A stretch of DNA of 64,000 nt from Hydrolagus affinis (lineage: Eukaryota). The translations under genes and the position numbers were made by a program. This document shows, piece after piece, positions 49,681 through 62,855 of the stretch. Numbering within the stretch: position 1 is the first letter of the stretch; the number at the start of each line of letters is the position of its first letter. Where the stretch lies: NCBI GenBank assembly GCA_012026655.1, contig JAAILG010000093.1, positions 1 to 64,000 on the forward strand, given 5' to 3'. The notes below the pieces were generated by a model. That model had not been told where the DNA came from. It saw nothing but the letters and a program-made list of their open reading frames with translations, and did not search any database.

Positions 49681-52064
49681 AAGAAAGGATACAAATGCAT
49701 GCTGAATTTATCTGCAATACTTGAAAAGATTCTGCAGGTGTGAACTAGTGTATACATGTTCACGTGTGGGCTAAGCATTTTTACAAAGGGAATAGTGTAA
49801 TTTTTTAACTAAAACAAGCACTGAAACAGCTGAACACAGTTAACCCTTGACTTCTCTTTCCGTGCCCCACCTAATCTCTGGGATACTCAGTTGTCTATTG
49901 CTCACCCCCTCAACTCGGCAAACTTAGATTTATTGCAAGTCCTCTGTGCTGCCAACTCTAACATTGCTGGCCAAGCCTTCAGCAACTAGGCCCTCAACCT
50001 CTGGAACTCCCTCCTATAGGACACATCACAACCCCCACCCCATATTCCCCCCAACCCCCGTCTTTTTATATCCCACCAAAAAATCTATTGTTTTTACCAT
50101 ACCTTCCACCTCACTTTCTTGTTCAACGTCCGACACCATCTTGGTGAAGTCCTCCGATTATGCTCTCCTTTGTGAAAGGGCATCATATAAGTTGTTATTC
50201 CCCTACCAATAATTATACTCTTTCCAGTGTAATATATGTACACTGAAAATATTTTTCACTGGAAATTGCAGTTATCCAGTAGGAGTACAATGTCTTAAAT
50301 CTTAAGCAGCAAATATGGCCGATTTCAGAGTTGAACACATGAACCTTTTATTTCACGTCAAAACTATTTGACATTGTTACTCTAGTTACAAAGTTTCATG
50401 GCAGAAGACTGGTGCCTGATTACCAGCCACCTTTTTGGTTTCAGTGATGCTATACAATATACGTTTACATTCATGCAGTGCCGTTCATATTTCAAAGACC
50501 TTCCAGACACTTAATAGGTAACGTGGGAGTAACAGAAGGAAAGAAAAAATAGTGGATTTTTAAAAAAATCTGCTATTTGTTTGCTTTAAAAGCTATTAAC
50601 CCTCGTAACAAAACGTTACGAGTTGCTGCTTGTGTAAACCATGATCAAACACGTCTCAGCCAGTGATTACATTTGTTCTGATCGCTGAGAGAAGTTAGAA
50701 AAATAATGTCTCATGTTGAAACTCATCAGGGTGAGCAGAAAAATATTATTGGAAACATCTGACTCAGGGCCCAAAAATTTTAAATTGAGCAATTCTGTTG
50801 GACAAATCCAGCTGTAAGAGTAAGTAAACTGACCGTAAATTTCTATACTTGTCACCGTTTTCCTTTGTAGCAGTTAAAGGTTTGTAATTTTCCACGGAAA
50901 ACAGCGGTATCTATCTGTAAAACACCAGCCAAATGGTCCTCGATCTGAGACTGTTGCAATAATATTCTCCTCACACAGATCACTGTTCAATAAACAATGG
51001 AGCAAGTAACAGATGAATGACTCAAAACAAATCCAGATAATTCGGATACTGTTCAAGGAATCGTTAAGGAGTTTGGAGGCTTGTCAATCAGTAAGTGTGG
51101 CACTATAATGCCAGGCAGAAGAGGACTGTTTCATGGCTATGCTGTTTCTTGGAGAGTGATGAGCCCCTTTGAAATGAGAAGTGAGTTTGGGCCATATCAT
51201 CCATTTGGGAAAAGGAGGCAAGATAATGAAGTAAAAGGAGAACCACTTGATGGTTGTTTGTTAGACATTGCTGTACACAAATTGGCTGCCGTTCACCTTA
51301 TACAATCACAACGCTTTACAGGAACTCCTATGAAGAGCTTTAAAATGTCCTTCTGACATGAAAGGTTCTATTCCAAATGCAAAGATTCTCATTAGTAGTT
51401 TTCCGTAGTCTTCTGTGTCTCCCACTTTCTCACACAAAACTCATTTTGTCTCTTTCACACAAAAAGAAAATGTAAGAATCCAGTGGAAAAGTACATGTCA
51501 AGCAATCTTGTCTTATTCTTTTAAATTTATAATTTAAATAGCAGAGGTGTATCAAAGTAGGATGGACTGTTTGGGTAGGAACTGGTTCTCCTCTCACACC
51601 ACATGTTCCATCTGTGTTATTATTCATGCATTAAACAGGTTTTGTAATCCTGATACACAGTGATGACACAGATTTGTTTTAAACAGTTACTATGATATGA
51701 AAAGACAAAAACACATCCTGCTTACATAATTCTGGAAAGTATTAGACACAGATTGGCACAAGCTAAGGCATGGGGACACCAGAGTGTATGTTGGGATACT
51801 ATTGGCGTTTAACTAGCTAAAACCATACAGCTTACCATTAATATCGCTATCTGGCAAGCATTCCTTATTCATCTTATTCAGCTAGGACCACCCTACCTAT
51901 TAGGGCTTTGGCTTCTTGGATTAACAGGAGCTGGGTGGGATGACTCCCTGACCCTAGTAATGGCTCTGCCCTTCCAGGCCCTTCCAAACAGCCTGGCTGG
52001 CTGTGCTATGATCAGCAGTGCAAGAACTTCTTTATGTTGAGGATGGTGAAAATGTGGAACTCAC

Positions 52065-52245
52065 TGGTTGAAGCTAAGGGCAGCAATGTATTTAAGAGGA
52101 AATAATGCATACATGAGGGAGAAAGGAATCGAGGGATATAGGGGTAGGGGTGTATTCTCTTGTGAAGTACAAATAGTGGAACAGACGGGTGAAACCAAAT
52201 GGTCTTTGCCTGAGCTGTAAGGTTTTATGAAATTCGATGTAAGCA
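52065..52245 (+). mobile_element. CR1 3' end fragment
   Basis: TGGTTGAAGC...TTTAAGAGGAAAAT...GGAATCGAGGGATATAGGG...AAATGGTCT. Confidence 0.55.
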
Positions 52246-55200
52246 ATCTTCATTTAAAAATTTTCCGACATTTTCTCTTGCATCCTTCAATGCTCGGATA
52301 TTGTAAGCCCTGAATCTATATCTTAAATATGGTTGCCAAAATTACGATGGTACTCTCTTTCTAAACGAACAGTTCTACTGGATAATATCATAGGTTGAAT
52401 AGACAAAAGCAAAGAGCCATGACAGAGATTCAGCCAAAGGCATTACCAGCTAAATAGGCATCAACGTAAATTTGTCAATAAAATTGAAAATTTCAAAAGT
52501 TCTAAGCCTTGAAACGCTAAGGTCAGAATCAATTTACCAGTTATCAATGCGACTACTGATTTCCACTTATCAGTTCAGTTATTTTACCCTGAAAGTGCAT
52601 TATAAATCAGAGATGAGCAGCATGATTCTGAAGCAAATAACACCAGAGCTCCGTTGCTGAGACAACCCCGAGGAGGTGTTTTTTTTTAGCAGCACTTCAG
52701 TTGACCCACTATAGTATTCACTCAGCAGGTGCAAATTGCTCCTGCCTCTGCTTACAGATGAGCCCTTAAAAATTCTTAGATAGTCCAAGGATAAACCTAA
52801 GACTTTTTAAGGGACAATTTTCTTTATGTCATTTGAAGACTCGGTCATGCAAACAGCTCTATAATTGCATTAAAAGACACCATAAACCCTGATTTCAGCT
52901 TTTTGCACATCCTCTAAGTTGAATTACAGAATTCTAAAGTCAAGTGTTAGAATTAACAGTCCCTGGTCAATAATAATACTAATTGTTGCATTTCACATGG
53001 CGCCTTATCACATCATTGAGACATCTCAAAATGCTTCATAGGAGTATAAAATGGATTGAAGGGATAGGGGAAAGGCAGGGAGGGGTTTGCTTCCAGCAGA
53101 TATTTTTTCTGTTCAACTTTCTCCTATTTTTCAACACAAAATATGGCTCCGAAAACTGCTCCCCAAAAAAGAGTTCAATGGCAATCTATGCAGGTTTAAT
53201 TGGTTACAAATTCACTCTTACCCAAGGCACACTTGGAGGGTCACCAACCCCTGGCTTTTACAACCTGGACGCAATACTCTACGCATTTAGGTAAGCAGGG
53301 TGCACCCCTCTGGGTAGAGAATACATTCCATTTCAAGATAAATTTCCATATGTAGGTGTAGTACAGTACTCTTAACTCTTGAATACTTAAGCATGGAATG
53401 TGTTCCGTATGTGTCAAACACCTGGATGAACAAAGAAAAATTGTAAAGTTCTGATTCACCAGTTTGAAGTCAAAAGCTACAAAGACAATGGCACTTGAGA
53501 ATGATGTTGTGTGTGAGGGTTGGGACTAATTTACATTGCAGTAACTGACAAAAAGCTGAAGTATGGACTTAGATGAGAAAATAGGATGCAAAATGCAATT
53601 ATTTATTTCCAATTCACTGGGATAATTACCACACTGAATTTGTTATGAAATATTGCCTTTTTCCTCCTATAGCTAATTGCGTCACGTAGTCTGTTGATAA
53701 AATGCAAACTGAACCGAATACCACATAATGTTGAGGTCACCCACATGGTTTCCACAGTGAGCAAGCCTATCAGCTGACTGGAAAATAATGTTCCAGAGAC
53801 CATAATCACACTGTGCTGTCACTGAGCTGCGACATCTCAGGAGTGTGTGCCATGCTTAAAATGTTAAGTTCCTCTTTTAATTTATAGCACTGAAAGCATG
53901 GAAGATATTAAGGAGCTTTTCACATATGTAGGTTGGCCTTGTGCGTAAACATTTTATCTAGTGTTGGACGTTTGAAATACAACACTACTTTTATGCACCT
54001 TTAAAGAATTTGTGTAGTGCTCTTTAAAATGTACTTATCAATTCATGTGTTCTCAATTCCCCAACCATTTTCTCCATTCTGCTTAGCCCTGCTTAATGCA
54101 TCCCATCGCTCTGCCCCATCATCAATGTACAGTTTAAGCTTTCAGGAACTTTCCTCCTCTTATTTGATACCCTCTCCATAAATTTCTTCACCTTGTACTA
54201 TCACTCTCAACTTCAAATCTCATCAAGAAGTCTATCTTTTTAATATTTCCTTTGGCCATCCCCATTTCTCAAGTTTTGTTCCATCTGCATCCTAGTCTGT
54301 GGAAGATATTTTCCTATGTAAAAAGTACAAAATCCACAAGAACATCTATGGCATTAAATGCAACTTGTGATTTGCAAATATTAGAAGGTCAAAGTCAGCA
54401 AATTGTGAATTCCCCAAAAAAGAACTAGTCGCAAAATGATTTGTTCACTGGTCTTTATTTGGATTTTGCAATTTGGGAATTCACAATTTCCAATTTTTTT
54501 TGTCTGCTATTCAAAACACCGAAGTTACAATTAATGCCCTGTACAAATATTGCACCCAAGAATATTAATTTCAATTTCAAGCATTTATTCAAACAAATCA
54601 ACAAACTCTTGGGTCAGTGTAGTTTTCTACAGTATGTTAAACAAGATCATTCAACCAGATCCTTTCATTTTAATCCCTCACTCATGATTTTCATTATTAC
54701 ATGTTGCAACAAATGCATAGAAATAATTGCCAACACAATGGAAAATCACATTCCTTTTCCAATGATATCGGAAACTAGTGCATGAATGACTTGTTAAGCA
54801 ATGGACCATTAAGAGCTGTGTGATAGGAAACAAAAAGGACAAATAAGAGTGGGAATTATCCTCATGGAACAAAACATTCACATTCTTCACTTCCTTATCA
54901 TGTGAAACTTCATTAATATGCACTCTCAGCTATATCACTTCTGCAAATCTAATCATTTTGCTTCTCTTTCCCCATTTCATTTCACATCACAATGATATTC
55001 AGTGTTCAAATCTTGGAACATGCTAAGAATAGGGAGTCCAAGAGATATTTAATCATTTCCAGGATCTGTCTTTCATGCACTTTTTAAATAGTATTGTTGC
55101 TTGGTAATAATGACATTAAAAACTAAACAAACTATTCATGCAGTTTGGAAAGCAATCATGTACTATATATTGTATATAATTTTGTATAATTTGACTTTCT

Positions 55201-55490
55201 TTTTATTCTACACTTCCAACCCAGTGAAAAAAGTTATTTCCTTTTACTGTGCTACTGATTGCTGGATTTTAGCAACCTCAGAATAATGTAAGCAAATTCA
55301 AGAAGTATTTTGAAGGAATATATCACTTTATTTAACAGGAATAGTGGAGAGGAATGTGTGGGGTGGGAACTTAGCGGACAACACTCTTGTGAATAAACAA
55401 CAATGAAATTCAGTAAGTGGAAAAATAAGTAACATAGATTATTTATGCAGCCCACGATATCCACAATTTGTACAAAGTATTTTAAAATAT

Positions 55491-55724
55491 TAATAATAAT
55501 CCTTGCATTTGATATAACACTTTTCACATCTTCTAGACTTCTCAAAGCGCTTCACAGAATATACTGTAAAGTGAATTGACTGTATATTTGTGGGCGAATC
55601 GCGGCAGCCAATTGGGCACAGCAGTGTCCCACAAACATTCCCAGATTCAAATGACCAATTTATTATTGCTTTTTTTTGAGGGATTAATATTAGGCGTGTG
55701 GATTAAGCAAACTTGTCCAAGGTT
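55491..55724 (-). mobile_element. tRNA-SINE lacking its head
   Basis: Reverse complement of tail and body. Confidence 0.85.
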
Positions 55725-55969
55725 CACCCACAGTGACAAGTATCTTCAAGTAATAGCTCTGTATCTTCTTGCCATTAAGAGTATCAAGTTTGTGTACAAA
55801 TTACGGTACTTCCATTACAGGCTAATTTACAAATGGTACACCAAATTATTAAGTAAGGTGAAGTATTACTTTACCACCATACTAAGGAAGACCAGTTGAT
55901 CCATTAAAATAACACATAAAGTTAACTTGCAACACTTTACCTATCTTTAATTGCTGTAATAATAATTAA

Positions 55970-56210
55970 TTAAAGTTCCACCACTGCCTCTCCCCTCAGG
56001 CCACTACAGCACTCATCCAGATATTTATTACATCTAGGATTGGCCTTCCCAATTCTTCCCTCCACAAACTACACATCATCCAGAACTCTGCAGTTTCTGT
56101 CTTCTCCTGCACCAGGCTTTGTGACTCTGTCACCTCCACCTTCGCACTGCTCCTTCCTACCTCTGTGAGGTGATAACCCTATAACAATCTGTCTGTTCCC
56201 TCCGCTCAGC
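55970..56210 (+). mobile_element. Degenerate L2 fragment
   Basis: GGCCTTCCCAATTCTTCCCTCCACAAACTACACATCATCCAGAACTCTGCAG (GLPNSSLHKLHIIQNSA). Confidence 0.7.
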
Positions 56211-57225
56211 AATACATTTCTGATGCATTTTGCCATTTACCTATGTGACCAAACATGATTATTTTTCATTAAAAGAACATCCTATTTGTTGAAAACTTTT
56301 AAGTTAGGAATTGAATTTGTAACACTAAATGAATTGTCTTTAAAGAACAAATCAACTATAAATGGTTTGTATATGATTTGTTTATTATCAAGAAATAACA
56401 TTAGCAGTTGTAACCTTAAGATCTATGGAAGTAGTATTTTGCAATTAAGCCAAAAAGCACACATAAAATAGAGGATAATACACGATAAGAATGAAGATAA
56501 TGTTTGTGTCATATCAATACCTAAACAATACAACTGGGACACAACACGATTCCCAATGCTCGGCTAACACCGTTCCAATAAGACTAGGCATGTGAGATTG
56601 GAAGCTTTTCGCTCAACCTTTAGGGAAGCATTTTACGTCCACATATTTATCCTTGTTGGAATAGTTCCCTGCAGAAGATACAGGTACTTTGAGACGTGCG
56701 TGTACGGTGCAAATAGGGCCGCCTTCCGAAAGCGATGGGTGACCTTCTCAGGATGTGCGCGGGCACACAGGGGCGACTCCCGACTGTTTTAAAAGGAGCA
56801 TACCCCAAAAATGTGTTCAAAACCTGTGTGCGGACATTTTGTAATATGTTTTAGATTCATGTCATAATGAATATATTTATACATATGTAATTTTTTTTAA
56901 ATGGATTATGAGAAACAATAAGAAAAACTGCCTGCCACACATTTCAATAAACAGAAACGTTATAGAACAAAAGCTGAAGAAGGAAGTATAATATTTCATT
57001 AGAAATTCTAAGGAAGGTTCATGTCAACCATTAACTGCTTTCTTTTTCAAATGTTGAATGACTTGGTATGGATTTTTTTTTAGTAATTAATTAAAAATAA
57101 CTATTCATTTGTACGCCAGCTAACCATTGATAAAATAAGGCCTTTCAATTGCAGTTCAATATTCAAAGAAAATTGAAAGCTGGCTGTGATGTAATATAGT
57201 TTCCATTAGGTTTACTTGCACATGT

Positions 57226-57419
57226 GAAGTCCTGTAGCTCAACTACTGTATATTACAAATAATAAATTGGTCATTTCAATCCACGACTGTTTGTGGAACA
57301 CTGCTGCATTTCACTCACAAATATACAGTCAATTCACTTTACATATATTCTGTGAAGCGCTTTCAAACGTCTAGAAGACATGAAAAGCGCTATATCAAAT
57401 GCGAGGATTATTATTATTA
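57226..57419 (+). mobile_element. tRNA-SINE with an internal deletion
   Basis: Head stub GTCCTGTAGCTCA, then body and tail. Confidence 0.8.
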
Positions 57420-57853
57420 CAAGAGCCTAACATAAAACAGTCACAGATATTTAAGCATAACTAGTAATCCTTTTCACTCAAATAAGATCTTATTCACATA
57501 AGATTGCAGAACAGTATGAACCTTTACTGTATAAAAACTTTGCTGCTCTTGTTCATTCTTCATTCAAATGCAAAAACAAATGAATAACAACTTTCATTTA
57601 TGTCTCAAAATTGCTTCACAGAATATACTGTAAAGTGGAGTGGCAGCATGTTTTGTGAGCGAAACATACATAATAATTTACATTATTTCCCTACTCCCCT
57701 TACCACTATCGTAAAGTGTTAACAGGGATGCTTGCTTAACGAACAAAAATGCATGAAGCAACGATATACGACGAGAACAATACAAGTAAAATCATGTCGC
57801 TATATGCCTGCGGGGTGGGGGTGTGTGTAAGTGAGAGAGAGATGGTTCAACAT

Positions 57854-59077
57854 GGAGTCCTGTTGCTCAGTGGTTAGAGCACTTGTCTTGTAAGTGAAAG
57901 ACCTGAGTTCGATTCCTGGCAGGTCAAAACCTTGGATAAGTTTCCTTACTCCACACGCCTGATAATATAGAACATAAGAATTAAGAGCAGAGTAGGCCAT
58001 TCGGCCCTCGAGCCTGCCCCACCATTTGATAAGATCATGGCTGATCTTCTGACCTAACTCTAATTACCTGCCATATCCCCATATCCCCTAATCCTTCTAC
58101 TTTTTAAAAATCTATCAGTCTCGGCCTTGAAAATGTTCAAGGACTGAGCGTCTACAGCCTTCTGGGGTAGTGAATTCCATAAATTCACTATCCTGAGTGA
58201 AGAAATGTTTCCTCAACTCTGTTCTAAAAGACTGACCCATAATTTTAAGATTATGACCCCTGGTTATAGATTCTCCTACCAGGGGCAACAGTCCCTCACT
58301 GTCTACTTTATCCAGCCCTTTAAGAATCTTATATGTTTCAATAAGATCTCCCTTAATTCTTCTGTACTCTAGTGAATACAGCCCTAATCTATTCAACCTA
58401 TTCTCATATGTCAGTCCCCTCATCCCAGGAACTAACCTAGTGAATCTACGCTGCACCCATTCTAAGGCAAGTATGTCCTTTATTAAGGAGACCAAAACTG
58501 CACACAATACTCTAGATGCGGTCTCACCTATACAGTTGCAGCAAGACTTCCCTGCTCTTGTACTCTAAACCTTTTGCAATGAACGCTAACATGCCGTTCG
58601 CCTTCTTAGTTGCTTGCTGCACCTGCAAACTAACTTTTTGTGCCTGTTGTACAAGGACACCCAAATCCCTTTGTACACGAACACTATCCAACCTCTCCCC
58701 ATCCAGAAAATAATTAGCTTTTTTATTTTTGCTAACTAGGTGAATCATTTCACACTTCCCCACATTAAATTCCATCTGCCACCTACTCCCCACTCCCCTA
58801 GCCTATCTATATCCCCATTGCAATCCTTTTGCATCATCCTCACAGCTGACTCTCCTGCCTAGTTTAATACCATCCGCAAATTTAGACACGTTACATTCAA
58901 TAATAATCCCTCAAGAAAAAAAACAATACTAATTTGGTCACTCAATCCACTCAATTGGCTGCTGCATTCCGCCCACAAATAGTCAATTCACTTTACAGTA
59001 TATTCTGTAAAGCTCCTCGAGAAGTCTAGAAGATGTGAAAAGTGCTGCACCAAATGCAAGTATTATAATTATTATTA
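57854..59077 (+). mobile_element. tRNA-SINE split by a CR1 insertion
   Basis: Head at 57854-57967, remainder from 58900; ATAATA repeated at both junctions. Confidence 0.88.
57968..58899 (-). mobile_element. 5'-truncated CR1 LINE (RT C-terminus and 3' tail)
   Basis: WQMEFNVGKC, QRDLGVLV, KKANGMLAFI, LEWVQRRFTRLVPGMRGLTYENRL, RGHNLKI; (TTCTTATG)-type tail. Confidence 0.95.
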
Positions 59078-59254
59078 ATTGTGATCAAGTGATGTCCATT
59101 TCCGGAGAGAGAGGGAGAACACATTGCATCTGATCAGTTTAATTAGATACCACCCTCACCATGCTTTGGAGGTGGAGGAGAGTGTAATGGGGATCATTAA
59201 TTGCATTAAAGGGGTATTGCAGCAACAGCTCGCACAAGTCCTCTGTAGGCAAAC

Positions 59255-59830
59255 TATTAGCAAAGCGCGCGCACACACACGCCACGTGCGCACGGGTCCC
59301 CGGGAATTGAGGTGGGGGGATGGGGGGGGGGAAAGAGAGAGAGTGGGAGCGCGGAGCCACCGCTACGTCATGGAAACAATGACGTCAGACCGGGCCGGGC
59401 CACAACTACACTCACACTCGCCCTTCCTACTGGTCGGTTCTGCTCGCTTGTTCGCCCGCCCTGTCGTCATTACCCCGCTTTGATTGATTGACGGATGGAC
59501 GCCCGTCCTCTTCTCGGCCGCATCATCGTAAGGGGAATGGGCGGGTCACGTGAGTCTGGCGTATGGGGAAAGGATGCGTGGGGGGGAGGGGCGGGGGGTG
59601 ACGGGTTGAGTGGGGCGGGGCTGAGAGGAGATAAGCAGCCCACGGGGCTCGCTCTGATATTCGTTGCTGCTGTCATCAGTCGCACCCCTGATACTCACAC
59701 ACACATATATATATATATATATCTCGCCTCCAGCCTAGCCACCCATCCCCACTACCACCACACCCGCCTCTCGTCGTCAGGCGCGGCCAAGCCGTAGGGC
59801 TATCACCTAGTGAGTGACTCGAGTCTGAGA
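59255..59830 (+). promoter_or_regulatory. CpG-island promoter
   Basis: Sharp rise in CpG and GC content; full CRE TGACGTCA 59380-59387 plus a half-site 59364-59370; E-boxes CACGTG 59283-59288 and GTCACGTGA 59545-59553; GC boxes near 59539, 59588 and 59612; ACTACA motif at 59405. Confidence 0.8.
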
Positions 59831-59922
59831 GCTTGGCTTATTCCCCCCCCCCCCCCCATCTCAGTGTTGTCGCTTCTGTGTGTTCGTCAAGTCAGTCAGT
59901 CCTCCTGCCCTCCCAGCCTGTG

Positions 59923-60022
59923 NNNNNNNNNNNNNNNNNNNNNNNNNNNNNNNNNNNNNNNNNNNNNNNNNNNNNNNNNNNNNNNNNNNNNNNNNNNNNN
60001 NNNNNNNNNNNNNNNNNNNNNN
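59923..60022. other. Assembly gap (100 N)
   Basis: Exactly 100 Ns, the usual placeholder for a gap of unknown size. Confidence 0.99.
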
Positions 60023-60399
60023 TTCCACCCGCCCCCATCGGCTTGGGTGCTATTCCGTGGTGCCCGCGCGTGAGTTTTATTTGTGTGTTTCAATAGAAGA
60101 TGTTATTAAGTTTTCTATTTGACCTTGAGTGGTTAGGTACTGTTACTGTTGCCCGCTGAAAGCTGGTTGATTGTCTTTCTCTCCCCCTCCTGTTGTGTGT
60201 GTGTGTGTGTCTGTATGTGTTTCTGGACATGCTTATATATAGGCGTCCGCCTTTCCTGTTGTCTCTTCCTCTTCTCTCCCCTTCCTTCTTTCTCTGGTGT
60301 CTAGAGCTGTGAGATAGTGGGTGGGAAGGCAAGCACTATACAAGTATCATGGTTAGGCGTGTCGCCTTTCTCTCTCTCTCCCCCCCCCCCCCACCCTCC

Positions 60400-60977
60400 T
60401 CTCCCCTACCAATTGCTGTCACCTGTGGCTGAGGAGTTTTAAAAGCGCAGGAAAGTTTTTTTTAAAACTTTTTACTTTTTTTTAAAAAAAATCCAATGTT
60501 GCTTCTCCTTGCAATGGTCTTGTATATCCTGTTTTTTTTAAAAAAAAACTCGAGGGAGCAAGAAAGAGCCTCTTCAGAAAGCAGCTCCTCTCCAGTGCTG
60601 GGGTGGGAGTGGTGTAGTTCAGTGGGCGAGGCTGTGTTTGAGGAAACGCATGGCTTGTGTAAAACTAACTGAGTCGGAGCTGTAACCTGTTGCAGCCGCC
60701 GTGAATCGTCAGGCGTTGCATTTGCAGCTCCTTTCTTCGTGAACTTTCCAGTGGTTTTTAACCATTGAGAGGTACCCATGTTACACCTTGGCTCGCATCC
60801 TTCTAATCATCCATCTTGTATCAGCCTCTGTAATTACAGCACGTACTTATGGGGACATAAGGTGCTTCACTGGAGGGAGGGAGGCAGACAGGAAGGCAAA
60901 GGCTGCTGTCAGCTCCATGTAAATCACTGTTATTTCTATGGTAGCAACATGGACTTCTTCGGTTCGCGAGTTCGGTG
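60400..60977 (+). other. Candidate first/5' exon of an unidentified gene (start uncertain)
   Basis: Repeat-free, CpG-retaining sequence ending in the consensus donor GTG|GTAAGT (GT at 60978), downstream of the promoter. Confidence 0.5.
60949..60977 (+). CDS. Possible initial coding segment or uORF MDFFGSRVR(W/C)...
   Basis: Strong Kozak context GCAACATGG, 29 nt before the donor; peptide not recognised. Confidence 0.25.
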
Positions 60978-61818
60978 GTAAGTAACGTTAGTTGTATTGT
61001 ACAGATCCACCATTTGGCACATCGGTGGATCTTTACAATCGCTGCAAGACGGCGGTATCTGCAGAATATCTTCTGGAAGGATGAGCTGGTTTGAGTGTTA
61101 ATCACTGCTGCTCGAGTCGGGAGCAGTAACTCCCTAGCGCATACCATAAGTACACCTCAAGCTGCATATCGTTGGAGAATCAATCAGCGGACGATTCTTT
61201 TGTGACAAGATTTTGATGTGATAGCTGTAGTGTGTATAAAAGTAAGGTTATCAGAAATCTCCTCGCCGTTGATTTAACCACTGAGTACACGCATCTCCCG
61301 TCACGAGGAGCGCCCCTTTGTGTAAAGTGCCTTTGTTTTTAATTCCATTACTAATTGGTAGTCATTTGCGTTGGTGAAATTCCTGTCGGTAATTTAGGAA
61401 GAGGCAGGTCCAATTTCCATTAAGGTGTTGTCTTTATGGGAACATTTTAGGCAAACAATGTGTTACGTCAACCAGCCATTAAGTTTCCGTCAAAGCAGGA
61501 GAAATGTATCGAAAAGTTACACGTTTATCTAAAACAAAATCTAAACAATAAACTTGCATTTGTGAAATGCTGTATCGTGTAGTTTATATAATAGACGACT
61601 TTAGGAATTGTACTAAACAAGCAAACAGCAAATCTGCTGAGCATTGCATGGTACCGTGAAACTAGTCAACTTAATTTTTCATTTATATTAAACCCCGTTG
61701 CAGATTAAAACGTGCACAGGCAATAGCAGTCAAGCACAAGTGTGGTAACCAGACTCTGGTGCTTTGCCTCCAGTTGATTTTAATTTTTCTGACATCGATG
61801 ATGGTCTTCTCCCTTCAG

Positions 61819-62007
61819 GTCTATTGCACAATGACACCACTGCCAGTACGATTGGGCTAAGTGTATTGCTCCATCAATCATTAATCATACATGTGTACCA
61901 TCTGGTTGCAAATATAAATTGGATGAGTGAAGTTGTTGATTAGCGGTTAGCTGCAGCACATTCGCATTGTGAATGCAGACGCCACTGCGTCAATAGATTA
62001 GTGACGG
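61819..62007 (+). other. Candidate internal (probably non-coding) exon
   Basis: Branch-like CTGAC, TCTTCTCCCTTCAG acceptor and CGG|GTGAGT donor; stops occur in the frames read from upstream ATGs. Confidence 0.35.
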
Positions 62008-62544
62008 GTGAGTTTAGTGAGTTTCTATTCAGAGTTGGGTATCGGATATCCAGAATCGTGGCTTGCTGCATATGTGATAGCGTCCGTGTTCAGCTTTTGT
62101 GTTAATTTCGCTCACTGTAAACAATTGACTGAAATGCAGCTGTGATCAGTAACTTTAAAATCTGTAAAGTTTGCACTGGTATTTCACCTTTCACATAGGA
62201 AACTATGCCAAAAGGCACCAAAGCTGTTTTTTCAAAGAAAAAGTAAGAACCTGAACCTGGAAAGAGATGGGTTGGGAGGGAAAGTGGCTGAAGGCTAAGA
62301 AGATAGTTTGAAAAGTTTTAAAGGCGTGTTGAGGATCCAGTGTAACTTTGGCATTTAGCAAGCTCTGAGTTGGAGTGAACATCTGGGAATGTTGTGGTCA
62401 GTGCCTCAGATGAGACTGGATGGCCTCACTGGTGGGAACTAGCCTCTTCTTTAGGTTAAAAGATCAATTTCTCAAAAATTGTTTTCATTTGACATTTTCC
62501 TTGTTCAATATTTCTACTGTTTGTAGATATGCAAATTAGTAATA

Positions 62545-62855
62545 TCTAGGCTGGGACTGCAGTACTGCATTGTTGGAGGTGCTATCCTTTGGTTGAGATG
62601 TTAAAGATGGTGTCTGCTCTGCTTGTTCAGGTAGATATGAAATATCATAGCATTATTTGAAAAGTGAAGGGTATTTCTCCTCGTGCTGGCCTTTATTTCC
62701 CCCAAACAGAATTAGTCATTCAATTACTTCATAGATGTTTCTGAGATATCCATATGTGTAAATTAGCTGAAGCGTTCACCTACAGTAGTCTCTAGTATCC
62801 TTTGTAGTGGTTTGAAATGTCCTCAAGAGATGCTTGTTCAAATACAAGGATTATT
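62545..62855 (+). mobile_element. Old Deu-domain SINE
   Basis: CTAGGCTG...GTACTGCATTGTTGGAGGTGCTATCCTTTGGTTGAGATGTTAAA (Deu domain) and a degenerate tail. Confidence 0.7.

Noticed and set aside
50221-50265. Nested short inverted repeats
   Set aside because: Arms are only 7-9 bp in AT-rich DNA; compatible with chance
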